Assembly: GCA_035554095.1 (NCBI GenBank)
Contig: DATMIX010000043.1
Location: 303 to 64,302 of the forward strand
DNA length: 64,000 nucleotides
Direction: 5' to 3'
Origin: Gaiellaceae bacterium
Lineage (GTDB): Bacteria; Actinomycetota; Thermoleophilia; Gaiellales; Gaiellaceae
The notes under the pieces were generated by a model. The model was given only the letters and a program-made list of their open reading frames with translations. It did not search any database and had not been told where the DNA came from. Below, one piece after another: positions 26,107 to 34,985 of the stretch; position 1 is the first letter of the stretch, and each line of letters opens with the position of its first letter. Made by a program: the position numbers and the translations under genes.

Positions 26107-28593
26107 TTAGCGGCGCTCGCGGTCGCGGCCGCCCCGGCCTCCCCGCCCGCCGCGGCGGTCGCCGCGCGGGCGATCCTCCTCGGGCGGCCTCGGCGGGGCG
26201 TTCTTCGCCCGCTCGATCAGCTCTTCGGGCTGAACCATGTTGCCGTTCTCGTGCTTCGCGACGAGCTTGAGGCCGATGCGCCCGCGGGCCTTGTCGACCT
26301 CCTGGACGACCACGTCCACGACGTCGCCGCGCGTCATCACGTCCTCGATGTGGCCGACCCGCCCGGGCCCCACGTTCGAGACGTGGAGCAAGCCGTCGGT
26401 CCCCTTCGTCAGCTCGACGAACGCGCCGAACTGCGTCGTCTTGACGACCTTGCCCGTGTACTGGTCGCCGACCTCGGGCTCCTTGGTCAAAGACTGAATC
26501 GCCTCGATGGCGGCCTTCGCCTTCGTCCCGTCGGTTGCGTAGATCAGGATCGTCCCGTCCTCTTCGATGTCGATCTGGACCTCGTAGTCCGACTCGAGCG
26601 AGCGGATCGTCTCGCCGCCCTTCCCGATCACCATGCCGATCTTCTCCGGATCGATCTTGATCGTCGAGATCCGCGGCGCGTGGCCGGCGAGCTCGCGGCG
26701 CGGCTCCGGGATCGCCTCCAGCATCCGCTCGAGGATGAACTCGCGCGCCCGCTTGGCCTGGTCGAGCGCGTTTCGGAGGATCTCCTGCGTGACGCCGGTG
26801 ATCTTGATGTCCATCTGGAGCGCCGTGATCCCATCGCGCGTCCCTGCGACCTTGAAGTCCATGTCGCCGAGGTGATCCTCGGCACCCTGGATGTCGGTGA
26901 GCACGACGTAGTCGTCGCCCTCCTTGACGAGTCCCATCGCGATGCCGGAGACGGGCGCCTTGATCGGGACGCCCGCGTCCATCAGCGCGAGCGCCGAGCC
27001 GCAGACCGAGCCCATCGACGACGATCCGTTCGACTCGAGCGTCTCCGAGACGACGCGGATCGTGTACGGGAATTCGTCGGCCGGCGGAATCACCGCCTCC
27101 AACGCCCGCTGCGCAAGCGCGCCGTGGCCGATGTCGCGGCGCTTCGGCCCGCGCATGAACCCGGTCTCGCCGACCGAGTAGGGCGGGAAGTTGTAGTGGT
27201 GCATGTAGCGCCGCTCTTCTTCGAGCGAGAGGTCGTCGATCCGCTGCCCCTCCTTCGCGGTCCCGAGCGTCAGCAGCGACATGATCTGCGTCTGGCCGCG
27301 GGTGAACAGCGCCGATCCGTGTGGCCGCGGCGCGACCGTGACCTCGCACGTCACCGGACGGACCTCTTCTGGATCACGACCGTCGGGTCGTCGCTTCTCG
27401 ACGGCGATCTTCTGGCGGACGAGGCCCTTGTAGATCGACTCGGCGGCTTTCTTCACGTACTGCCGCGTGATCGAGTCCTTCGACGGCGCCTCCTCGCCGT
27501 CCGCGGCGGCGGGGCCGGCCGGGAACGGCAGCTGCACCTGCTCCTCGATCCGGTCGAACAGAAGGTGGCGCTTCGCCGACTTCAGCTCCTTCGGATCCTG
27601 CTCGGCCTCCGTCAGCGTCTTCAGGTCGTCTTCGAACTGCTCGCGGACCGGCTTCTCGACGACCTCGAGCCGGATCCGCTCGAGGATCATCGCCAGGCTC
27701 GAGCGGATCTGCATCAGCTTGATGATGTCGTCCTCGGACGACTCCATCGTCAGCGTGGGCCCGCCCTGCTCGACGATCTCCGCGACCGCGGTGGCGGCCT
27801 CGCGAAGACCCTCCGACCGGATTCGGTCGCGGATCTTGTCGCCGTGCTCGCGCTCCAGCTCCTCGGTCAGCGCGTTGTCGAGCCACTTCGCCTTGCCGAC
27901 CTGCCGTTGCAGGTCCTCCTGCAGCTCGCAGAGCTTCCTGATCTCCTCGTGCGCCTGCTCCAGCGCCTGGAGCAGGAGCTCCTCGGGAATCTCCTGTGCT
28001 CCCGCCTCGACCATCGTCAGTGCGTCCTTCGTGCCGACCACGATCAGGTCGAGCGTGCTCTGGCCCGTCTCGATCTCGGCGAGCGTCGGATTGATGACGA
28101 GCTCCCCGTCGATCAGGCCCATCCGGACGGCGCCGACCGGGCCCAGGAAGGGCAGCGGCGAGATCATCAGCGCCGCCGACGCGCCGTTGATCGCCAGGAT
28201 GTCGTGGGCGCTCACGAGGTCGGCCGACAGCGTCGTCGCGACCACGTGTACCTCGTTCTTGAACCCCTTCGGCCAGAGCGGCCGAATCGGGCGGTCGATC
28301 ATGCGCGCGGTGAGGATGGCCTTCTCCGTCGGCCTGCCCTCGCGCTTGAAGAAGCCGCCCGGGATCTTGCCCGCGGCGTACATGCGCTCCTCGACGTCGA
28401 CGGTCAGCGGGAAGAAGTCAGCGCCTTCGCGGGCCTCGGTTCGGCCCTGCGCGGTCGCCAGCACCAGCGTGTCGCCTTCGCGGACGACGACGGCGCCGTC
28501 GGCCTGCTTGGCCAGCTTCCCCGTTTCGAACGTGATCTCGCGGCCCGCGATCTCCACCGTCAGTGTGGTTGGGCCCTGCGTGGCAATGCTCAT
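26107..28593 (-). CDS. pnp: Polyribonucleotide nucleotidyltransferase (PNPase) with an Arg/Gly-rich C-terminal tail
   Basis: Two RNase PH domains, a KH domain (IGMVIGKGGETIRSL) and an S1 domain (GKVVKTTQFGAFVEL). The tail is ...PRGDRRGGRGGRGGRDRERR. Confidence 0.95.
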   Translation of the reverse strand: MSIATQGPTTLTVEIAGREITFETGKLAKQADGAVVVREGDTLVLATAQGRTEAREGADFFPLTVDVEERMYAAGKIPGGFFKREGRPTEKAILTARMIDRPIRPLWPKGFKNEVHVVATTLSADLVSAHDILAINGASAALMISPLPFLGPVGAVRMGLIDGELVINPTLAEIETGQSTLDLIVVGTKDALTMVEAGAQEIPEELLLQALEQAHEEIRKLCELQEDLQRQVGKAKWLDNALTEELEREHGDKIRDRIRSEGLREAATAVAEIVEQGGPTLTMESSEDDIIKLMQIRSSLAMILERIRLEVVEKPVREQFEDDLKTLTEAEQDPKELKSAKRHLLFDRIEEQVQLPFPAGPAAADGEEAPSKDSITRQYVKKAAESIYKGLVRQKIAVEKRRPDGRDPEEVRPVTCEVTVAPRPHGSALFTRGQTQIMSLLTLGTAKEGQRIDDLSLEEERRYMHHYNFPPYSVGETGFMRGPKRRDIGHGALAQRALEAVIPPADEFPYTIRVVSETLESNGSSSMGSVCGSALALMDAGVPIKAPVSGIAMGLVKEGDDYVVLTDIQGAEDHLGDMDFKVAGTRDGITALQMDIKITGVTQEILRNALDQAKRAREFILERMLEAIPEPRRELAGHAPRISTIKIDPEKIGMVIGKGGETIRSLESDYEVQIDIEEDGTILIYATDGTKAKAAIEAIQSLTKEPEVGDQYTGKVVKTTQFGAFVELTKGTDGLLHVSNVGPGRVGHIEDVMTRGDVVDVVVQEVDKARGRIGLKLVAKHENGNMVQPEELIERAKNAPPRPPEEDRPRGDRRGGRGGRGGRDRERR

Positions 28594-28675
28594 TTGTCCT
28601 CCACTCTTTCTTGAAGGTGGAGGTTTGAGCGAGACCAGGGCCGCGGCCGGTGAGCTCGCTCAAACTTCCACCTTC
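28594..28675 (-). promoter_or_regulatory. pnp 5' leader: 21-bp hairpin whose 3' arm is complementary to the pnp Shine-Dalgarno sequence
   Basis: The arms at 28613-28633 and 28655-28675 are complementary with one mismatch. CCUCCAC in the 3' arm matches the SD GUGGAGG at 28598-28604, which lies 4 nt upstream of ATG 28593. Confidence 0.6.
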
Positions 28676-28688
28676 GGTTGCTGCTCGA

Positions 28689-28958
28689 TTATCTCCTGAG
28701 GCCGAGCTCCTGAATCAGCGCGCGATAGCCCTCGAGGTCCCGCTTCTGTAGGTACTGCAGGAGCCGCCGCCTGCGGCCCACGAGCTTGAGCAGCCCGCGG
28801 CGCGAGTAGTGGTCCTTGGGGTGGGCCCGGAGATGCTCCGTGAGCTCGTTGATTCGCCGTGTCAGGAGCGCTATCTGCACCTGCGGCGAGCCGGTGTCGG
28901 CGTCGCTTCGGCCGTGCTGCCCGATGATCTCCTGTTTCGCTTCCTTGGTCAGAGGCAT
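28689..28958 (-). CDS. rpsO: 30S ribosomal protein S15
   Basis: 89 aa: [12 protein letters not shown]...[48 protein letters not shown]. Confidence 0.95.
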   Translation of the reverse strand: MPLTKEAKQEIIGQHGRSDADTGSPQVQIALLTRRINELTEHLRAHPKDHYSRRGLLKLVGRRRRLLQYLQKRDLEGYRALIQELGLRR

Positions 28959-29059
28959 TGTTCCCTCCTCGAATATGCGTCTCCGCGATCTCCGCCTGCC
29001 GCACCAAGGAACGCGAGCGGGCCGGGACCGCGGTCTCGCAGTAGGGTAGCAGCCGCCTG

Positions 29060-30316
29060 ATGGAGCGCTTTTCGGCCGATGAACTGACCCAATGGGTGGC
29101 GGAGGCGCGCGAGCGCTGGAGCGTGCCTGCGCTCACGGTCGGCCTGCTGAACGGCGAGGAGACGGTCGTCGCGGCCGACGGCGTGCTCGAGCTCGGAGCC
29201 CCCGAGCAGGCTCGGGCGGAGACGGTCTTCCGCGTGGCGTCGATCACGAAGCCGTTCGTCGCCACCCTTGCGCTGACGCTCGTGCAAGACGGGCTGCTGG
29301 AGCTGGACGAGCCGCCGCCCCGAGCGAACGTCGACGCCACCGTCCGACAGCTCCTCAGCCACCAAGGCGGGCTCGCGTCCGAGTGGCCGCAGCCGCTCGA
29401 AAGCGTCGGTGACGGCGACGACAGCCTCCTGCGGCTCGCCGAGGGCGACCCCGAGCGGCTGCCGGTCGGGCCCGGCGAGCTGTTCTCGTACGGCAACGTC
29501 GGCTTCTGGCTCGTCGGCGCCGCGATCGCCCGTGCGTGCGGGACGACCTTCGAGGAGGCGATGCGGGCCCGGGTGGTCGAGCCGCTCGGCCTGGAGGCAA
29601 CGACGTTCGACGGGCTCGGCGCCGCCCGCGGCCACAACCAGGTCACGCCCGGAGCCGACGAGCACGTGCCGGTCGACGATATCTACCCGCGCGTCCGCCG
29701 CCCCTCCGGAGGCCTCTGGTCCTCCGTCGGCGACCTGCTCCGATTCGCCGCTCATCACCTCGGCGGCCCCGGCCCGCTCGCGCCCGAGTCGATCGCCGAG
29801 ATGCAGCGGCCGCTCGTCGCCGGCCCGGGCTTCGAATACGGGCTGGGCTGGTTCGTCACGCATACCCGCGGCCCGGTGTGCGTCGAGCACTCCGGCTCCG
29901 CCGCCGGCTACCAGTCGCTGCTCCTGCTCGTCCCCTCGGCAGGCGTCGCGTTCGCGGCGCTCGCCAACTCCAGTCGCGGCGCGGCGGCGATCCGAGACGT
30001 CCTCGAGCACATCGGGCTCGCGCCGGTGGAGGCTCCCGACGTGCCGCTCTCCTCGGAGGAGTTGGCCGCCTTCGGCGGCCGCTACGAGGGCCAGGGCGTC
30101 GAGATCGAGCTCGTCCCCAGCGACGGTCGGCTTCGGGTCGAGCTGACCGAGCTCGACCCCTTCTCGGGCGAGCGGCTGGTCTACCCGAGCGTCACCGCGC
30201 GCCCGATCGGCGACCGCGAGTTCGAGATCGTCGACGGCGAGTGGCGCGGTGAGCGCTTCGGCTTCCCGCGCGACGACGTCGTCACCATGGGCTCGATCGC
30301 CGTCCGCGTCGAGTGA
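29060..30316 (+). CDS. Serine hydrolase of the beta-lactamase/transpeptidase-like family
   Basis: S-x-x-K motif (VASITKPF) and a YGN region ([10 protein letters not shown]). 418 aa. Confidence 0.8.
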   Translation: MERFSADELTQWVAEARERWSVPALTVGLLNGEETVVAADGVLELGAPEQARAETVFRVASITKPFVATLALTLVQDGLLELDEPPPRANVDATVRQLLSHQGGLASEWPQPLESVGDGDDSLLRLAEGDPERLPVGPGELFSYGNVGFWLVGAAIARACGTTFEEAMRARVVEPLGLEATTFDGLGAARGHNQVTPGADEHVPVDDIYPRVRRPSGGLWSSVGDLLRFAAHHLGGPGPLAPESIAEMQRPLVAGPGFEYGLGWFVTHTRGPVCVEHSGSAAGYQSLLLLVPSAGVAFAALANSSRGAAAIRDVLEHIGLAPVEAPDVPLSSEELAAFGGRYEGQGVEIELVPSDGRLRVELTELDPFSGERLVYPSVTARPIGDREFEIVDGEWRGERFGFPRDDVVTMGSIAVRVE

Positions 30317-31701
30317 CCGCACGGATCGCCGCCGGCCACCCCGCCACCGTCGCGGCCGGGGTCGAGATCCTGCAGTCGGGCGGGAACGCCGCCGACACCG
30401 CGATCGCCGCGTCGCTTGCGTCCTGCGTCGCGGAGACCGTCATGACGGGCTTGCTCGGCGGCGGACACGCCGCCTACTACCAGGCCGACGGCGGCCGCGC
30501 GCAGAACCTCGACTTCTTCGTCGCGTTGCCAGGACTGGACGCGGAGCGGCGCGAGGTCGAGCTGCTCGAGCTCGACGTCCCGTTCGGGGCCGAGCTCGTC
30601 CACTACGCGGTCGGGATCGCCTCGTGCGGTGTTCCGGGCGTCGCCGCCGGCCTGGGAGCGCTCTGGGAGCGACACGGGTCGCTCGAGTGGCCGGCGCTGG
30701 TCGAGCCCGCGCTCCGGCTCGCGCACGCCGGTGTCGAGATGCCTCCGGCGCACGCCTCCTGCCTGGCGATGCTCGCGCCGGTGATGACGATGAACGACGG
30801 CGCGCGGATCTACTCCCCCGACGGACACCTTCTCGCGCCCGGCGACCGGCTCGACCAGCCGGGCCTCGTGAAGGCGCTGGAGGTCCTCGCCGAAGAAGGC
30901 CCGGGGTCCTGCTACTCGGGGTCGCTCGCAGACGCCCTTCTCACCTTCGTCGACGAGCTGGGTGGGCTCATCACACGGCGGGATCTCCAGTCGTACGAGG
31001 CCCTCTGGAGCGATCCCGTCGAGAGGCGCTACCTGGGCGGGCGCGTCCTCACGCGCGGGGACCTCTCGCGAGTCCCCGACACCCTGGCGGCTCTCCCGCG
31101 GCTGACGGGGCTGTCAGAGGCCGAGCGCGCGATCGCCCTGGCGTGGTCGCTCGACGAGGAAGGCCCCGAGATCGGAGGCGACACGACGAACATCACGGTC
31201 GTGGACGCGGCCGGAGACGCCTGCGTGCTGACGACGAGCCTGGGTCTCGGCTCCGGCGACTACCTGCCGGGCTTCGACCTCCACCTGAACAGCATGCTCG
31301 GCGAGGCGGACCTGATCCGCGGGACGCTCGAGCCCGGGGAGCGGATGGGCAGCATGATGGCGCCGACGATCGTGCTCGGCGACGCGGGTCTCGAGCTCGC
31401 GATCGGCGCGGCCGGCGGCACGCGCCTGCGGAGCGCGCTGATCCAGGTCGCCGCAGGCGTTCTCGACGAGCAGCTCTCCCCGGCCGACGCCGTCGGGCGC
31501 CCGCGCCTCCATGCCGCGAACGGCCGCGTCCAGCTCGAGCCGGGTTTCCCCGAAGACGTGCCGTTGCAGCTGGAGCGGGCCGGGTTCGAGACGCGGGTCT
31601 GGCCCGCGGCGCATCACTTCTTCGGTGGGGTAAGCCTTGCTACGCCGAGCTCTGCCGCAGGGGACCCGCGACGGAGCGGCGCTGCAGCGATGGTTCCGTG
31701 A
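30313..31701 (+). CDS. Gamma-glutamyltransferase family protein (short, no signal peptide)
   Basis: Ntn-hydrolase autoprocessing site region GGDTTNITVVDAAGDACVLTTSLG. The N-terminus is AAGHPATVAAGVEILQSGGNAADTAIA. The GTG at 30313 forms a GTGA overlap with the upstream stop. Confidence 0.8.
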   Translation: MTARIAAGHPATVAAGVEILQSGGNAADTAIAASLASCVAETVMTGLLGGGHAAYYQADGGRAQNLDFFVALPGLDAERREVELLELDVPFGAELVHYAVGIASCGVPGVAAGLGALWERHGSLEWPALVEPALRLAHAGVEMPPAHASCLAMLAPVMTMNDGARIYSPDGHLLAPGDRLDQPGLVKALEVLAEEGPGSCYSGSLADALLTFVDELGGLITRRDLQSYEALWSDPVERRYLGGRVLTRGDLSRVPDTLAALPRLTGLSEAERAIALAWSLDEEGPEIGGDTTNITVVDAAGDACVLTTSLGLGSGDYLPGFDLHLNSMLGEADLIRGTLEPGERMGSMMAPTIVLGDAGLELAIGAAGGTRLRSALIQVAAGVLDEQLSPADAVGRPRLHAANGRVQLEPGFPEDVPLQLERAGFETRVWPAAHHFFGGVSLATPSSAAGDPRRSGAAAMVP

Positions 31702-31924
31702 TGGGCGCGGTCGTCTTCACCCAGCCGACGTAGCCGCATTCGGGACAGCCGGGGTTGGCGGTCGCCGTGCCGCCGCCTGATGGTTTCGAATAGACCGCGC
31801 TGCACTCGAGACAGCGCACGGTCTGCAGGAGCTCGAGTCGAGGGGGCGGTTGCGTGGTCTCGTCCTTTCCCACTGCGTGAAGAAGATTCCGCACTTTGCG
31901 AAAACTTGCGGTGTTGTTGCGCAT
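31640..31924 (-). CDS. Hypothetical small zinc-ribbon protein (CxxC...CxxC)
   Basis: VRCLECSAVY...GCPECGYVGW, with GC3-rich codons across the ribbon. It fills an otherwise empty 274-nt gap. Its 3' end overlaps the convergent GGT-like gene by 62 nt, and the start is uncertain. Confidence 0.45.
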   Translation of the reverse strand: MRNNTASFRKVRNLLHAVGKDETTQPPPRLELLQTVRCLECSAVYSKPSGGGTATANPGCPECGYVGWVKTTAPITEPSLQRRSVAGPLRQSSA

Positions 31925-31975
31925 TGCGCAGCGGGGCGCAAATTCCTCTCTACCGCAATGCCGCCGACCTAGCTC

Positions 31976-32848
31976 CTAGAGCGGCGGTGCGGCCCTGCGG
32001 GTGGCTTCGACATCGCGCGCGATCTGCTCGACGAGCTCGGCCTCGTTCCCGAACGCCTGCTCGTCGCGCAGCCGTTGCCAGAGCTCGACGACGAGCCGCC
32101 GACCGTAGAGATCGCCCTCGAAATCGAGCAGGAAAGCCTCCACGCGCCGCTCGCTACCACCGTAGTGCGGGTTCGTTCCGATCGAGACCGCGGCGCGATG
32201 CCCGGACGCCGAGCCGGCGTAGATCCCGTATCCCGGAACGAGCAGGTCCCGCTCCGGCCGCAGGTTCGCCGTCGGGAAGCCGAGCGTCCCGCCGCGGGCG
32301 TCGCCGGAGACCACCGTCCCCTCGACCTCGGCGGGCCGGCCGAGCAACCGCGCCGCCCCCGCCACGTCGCCGCCTCGCAGAAGCTCGCGGATCACGCTCG
32401 ACGAGACGCCCTGGACGAGCTCGACGCGCGTCACCTCGAAGCCGAGCCCCTCGAGGAGGTCGAGATCGCCGCTGCGCCGGTGGCCGAAGCGAAAATCGGC
32501 CCCTGCGACCACCCGCCGCGTCTCGATCGGCCGCAACAGCCCCTCAACGAACGCCTCCGGCCCGGTCGAAGCGAGCTCCGGTGTGAACTCGACCACGAGC
32601 GTCTCGTCGACGCCCTCCTCCTCGAGGAGCTCGAGCCGCCGGGGGAGCGTGGTCAGCAGCTCGACCTGATTCCCGAGCACCTCACGCGGATGCGGCGCAA
32701 AGGTGACCACGGTCGACCGGAGGTCCGGCTCTGCCTCGCGGGTAGCGGCGAGGACGCGCCTGTGACCGAGATGGACGCCGTCGAACGTGCCGAGAGTGAC
32801 CACCCGCGGGCCCGGCGCGAGCTCGCCCGCGTCCCGGACGACCTTCAT
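31976..32848 (-). CDS. ribF: Bifunctional riboflavin kinase / FAD synthetase
   Basis: Contains VVTLGTFDGVHLGHRRVL, then GFPTANL...YGIYA...GTNPHYG and a C-terminal E..L...I..D. The start forms an ATGA overlap with the truB stop. Confidence 0.9.
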   Translation of the reverse strand: MKVVRDAGELAPGPRVVTLGTFDGVHLGHRRVLAATREAEPDLRSTVVTFAPHPREVLGNQVELLTTLPRRLELLEEEGVDETLVVEFTPELASTGPEAFVEGLLRPIETRRVVAGADFRFGHRRSGDLDLLEGLGFEVTRVELVQGVSSSVIRELLRGGDVAGAARLLGRPAEVEGTVVSGDARGGTLGFPTANLRPERDLLVPGYGIYAGSASGHRAAVSIGTNPHYGGSERRVEAFLLDFEGDLYGRRLVVELWQRLRDEQAFGNEAELVEQIARDVEATRRAAPPL

Positions 32849-33531
32849 GGGCCGGCCTCTGGGTGGAGGGGATCGCGTCCGATTCGTTCGAGCGCCTCGG
32901 TTGGGGCGATGATCGTCTCCGGGTCGGCTTCTTCGACCCTGAACGGTCCGACCTCCGTCCTGCGAAGCGTGGCGCAGTGTCCGCCCAGCGCCTCCGCGAT
33001 CGCACGCACGTACGTCCCGGAGCTCACGCGCAGGTCGAGCGTGGCAACGCCGTCTCTATACGCGATGACCTCGAGCGCGTCGACGCGGGACCGGCGCAGC
33101 GGCATCTCCACGTCGACGCCGCGCCGGTGCAGCCTGTAGGCGCGCTCACCGCCGATCTTCACCGCGGACGCGGTGGGGATCGGCAGCTCGATCTCCCCAC
33201 GGAGGGCCTCGAGCCGGGGCTCGAGGTCGTCGGCCGTGGGCGCCTCGTGCTCCTCGACGACGGCCCCCTCGGGGTCGCCTGTGGTCGTCCGAGCGCGCAG
33301 ATCGACGTCCGTGAGGTACCGCTTGTCCAGCCCGACGAAGCACGATGCCAGCTTAGTTGCCGCACCGGACAACAGGAGAAGGAGGCCGGTCGCGAAGGGG
33401 TCCAGCGTTCCTGCATGCCCGGTCCGCGCACCTGTCCGCTGCCGGATGCGGGCGACGATCGCAAACGAGGACGGCCCCGCCGGCTTGTCGACGAGGATCA
33501 ACCCGCTCGGGCTACGTCCGCGTGGGCGCAC
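32845..33531 (-). CDS. truB: tRNA pseudouridine(55) synthase TruB (short form, apparently without a PUA domain)
   Basis: GLILVDKPAGPSSFAIV..IR......TGHAGTLDPFATGLLLLLSG contains the catalytic Asp motif. The start is uncertain; GTG 33531 overlaps the nrnA stop. Confidence 0.82.
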   Translation of the reverse strand: MRPRGRSPSGLILVDKPAGPSSFAIVARIRQRTGARTGHAGTLDPFATGLLLLLSGAATKLASCFVGLDKRYLTDVDLRARTTTGDPEGAVVEEHEAPTADDLEPRLEALRGEIELPIPTASAVKIGGERAYRLHRRGVDVEMPLRRSRVDALEVIAYRDGVATLDLRVSSGTYVRAIAEALGGHCATLRRTEVGPFRVEEADPETIIAPTEALERIGRDPLHPEAGP

Positions 33532-34516
33532 TTGCGACGAACTCGCGCTTGATGAACTCCGTGATCTCCTCCACGGAGTCGTCGCTCGAGAAGCCGGCCG
33601 CCTGGCGGTGCCCTCCCCCGCCGGACTTGCGGGCGATCGCGGACACGTCGAGCTCATCGGTGCTGGCCCGCAGGCTGACGCGGCGCGCCGGGCCGTCCGA
33701 TCGCGGCGGCTCCCGAATCAGCGCGGCCATGTCGGCACCCTCCACCGCCCGCAGGTAGTCGATGATCCCCTCTGAGTACGCCTCCGCGGCGCCGATGTCA
33801 GTGAAGTCGCTTCGAACTAGATACGAGACGACCAGGCGGCCCCCGTCGTAGATCTGAGCCCGTTCGAGGGCCCGGGCGAGCAGCTTGAGCTTGGCGAACT
33901 GAACGGTCTCGTAGACCCATTGGAAGATCCGGTGGACGTCCGCACCCGCCTCGACGAGCTCCGCTGCGAGCCGGAGGGCTTTCGGCGTCGTGTTCCCGTA
34001 CTGGAAGCGGCCGGTGTCGGTGACGAGCGCGATGTACAGCGCTTCGGCGATCTCCGGCGTCAGCACGACGTCGAGCTCCGCGAACACGTCGCGCAGCACC
34101 TCCCCCGTCGACGAGGCGTTCGGGACGATCAGATTGACCGCCCCGAAGCGGGTGTTGTCGTGGTGGTGGTCGACGTCGACCACGAGCGGCGCATCCTCGA
34201 GCAGGCTCGGGTCGGGCCCCATCCGGCTCTCGTTCGCGCAGTCGACCGCCAGGAGCACCCGCTCGCGAGCGTCGTCGGGTAGCCGGCGGGCGAGCTTCTC
34301 CAGCGGCATGAAGGAGTACTCGGCCGGCAGGGGCGCGTCACCGAAGAGGTACATGACGCTGTCCTTGCCCAGCTGGTCGAGGGCTAGCTTCGTGGCGAGA
34401 ATCGAGCCCAACGCATCGCCGTCCGGGTTCTCGTGCGTGACGATCAGAAAACGGTCGTGCGAACGGATCGCGTCCGCGACCGCCTCTATCTCACTCGTCG
34501 TCTGGGGCGAGCTCAT
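33512..34516 (-). CDS. nrnA: DHH/DHHA1 phosphoesterase (NrnA-like oligoribonuclease / pAp phosphatase)
   Basis: Contains FLIVTHENPDGDALGS, DVDHHHDN and a C-terminal GGGHRQAAGF. Confidence 0.85.
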   Translation of the reverse strand: MSSPQTTSEIEAVADAIRSHDRFLIVTHENPDGDALGSILATKLALDQLGKDSVMYLFGDAPLPAEYSFMPLEKLARRLPDDARERVLLAVDCANESRMGPDPSLLEDAPLVVDVDHHHDNTRFGAVNLIVPNASSTGEVLRDVFAELDVVLTPEIAEALYIALVTDTGRFQYGNTTPKALRLAAELVEAGADVHRIFQWVYETVQFAKLKLLARALERAQIYDGGRLVVSYLVRSDFTDIGAAEAYSEGIIDYLRAVEGADMAALIREPPRSDGPARRVSLRASTDELDVSAIARKSGGGGHRQAAGFSSDDSVEEITEFIKREFVASAPTRT

Positions 34517-34835
34517 CGATCAGTTGTGTCATGCGGACCCCGCGCTCGACGGTGGGATCGTATTCAAACGAGAGCTGCGGAGTCCGCTTCAGCCGGAGCT
34601 CTCGCCCGATCCGGGCCTGCAGGACCCCGTGCGCCGCCTCGAGGCCTGCGAGGCTCTCGCGCTGCTTCTCTTCGGGGCCGAAGACGCTGACGTAGACGCG
34701 GGCGTGCCGGAGGTCGGGCGAGGTCTCGACCCCGGTGACCGTGACGAACCCGATGCGCGGGTCCTTGAGCTCGCCGACCGTCTCGGACAGCACCTGGCGA
34801 ACGGCCTCGTTCACGCGTCGCATCCGGTCGGCCAT
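34491..34835 (-). CDS. rbfA: Ribosome-binding factor A
   Basis: MADRMRRVNEAVRQVLSE...LKDPRIGFVTVTGVETSPDLRHARVYVSV. ATG at 34835; the ORF-track start at 34847 is a TTG. Confidence 0.88.
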   Translation of the reverse strand: MADRMRRVNEAVRQVLSETVGELKDPRIGFVTVTGVETSPDLRHARVYVSVFGPEEKQRESLAGLEAAHGVLQARIGRELRLKRTPQLSFEYDPTVERGVRMTQLIDELAPDDE

Positions 34836-34886
34836 GGTCGTATTCAACCCCCGCGGCCACAGCCAGGCCGCATCCAGACCAGTCCC

Positions 34887-34917
34887 GGTGTCCGACGTGG
34901 TTACCGAAGTGTGACGG
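34887..34917 (+). repeat. 31-nt intergenic element, copy R2a
   Basis: GGTGTCCGACGTG GTTAC CGAAGT GTGAC GG. Confidence 0.6.
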
Positions 34918-34954
34918 CGGCCCCGAAATTCCCTGCTCAGGCCGCGGTTCGCGT

Positions 34955-34985
34955 GGTGTCCGACGTCGCGACAGGAGTGTTACGG
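34955..34985 (+). repeat. 31-nt intergenic element, copy R2b
   Basis: GGTGTCCGACGTC GCGAC AGGAGT GTTAC GG. It ends 1 nt before the DUF503 stop codon. Confidence 0.6.

Noticed and set aside
28418-28663. An 81-aa ORF spanning the pnp start and leader.
   Set aside because: It runs through the 21-bp hairpin and the pnp N-terminus in another frame and is Arg/Gly-rich. The region is better explained as leader RNA.
28959-29059. An S15 autoregulatory leader structure upstream of rpsO.
   Set aside because: Hairpins can be drawn (for example GCGAG...CUCGC), but S15 leaders are lineage-specific and I cannot match any known fold by eye. The region also serves the divergent hydrolase gene.
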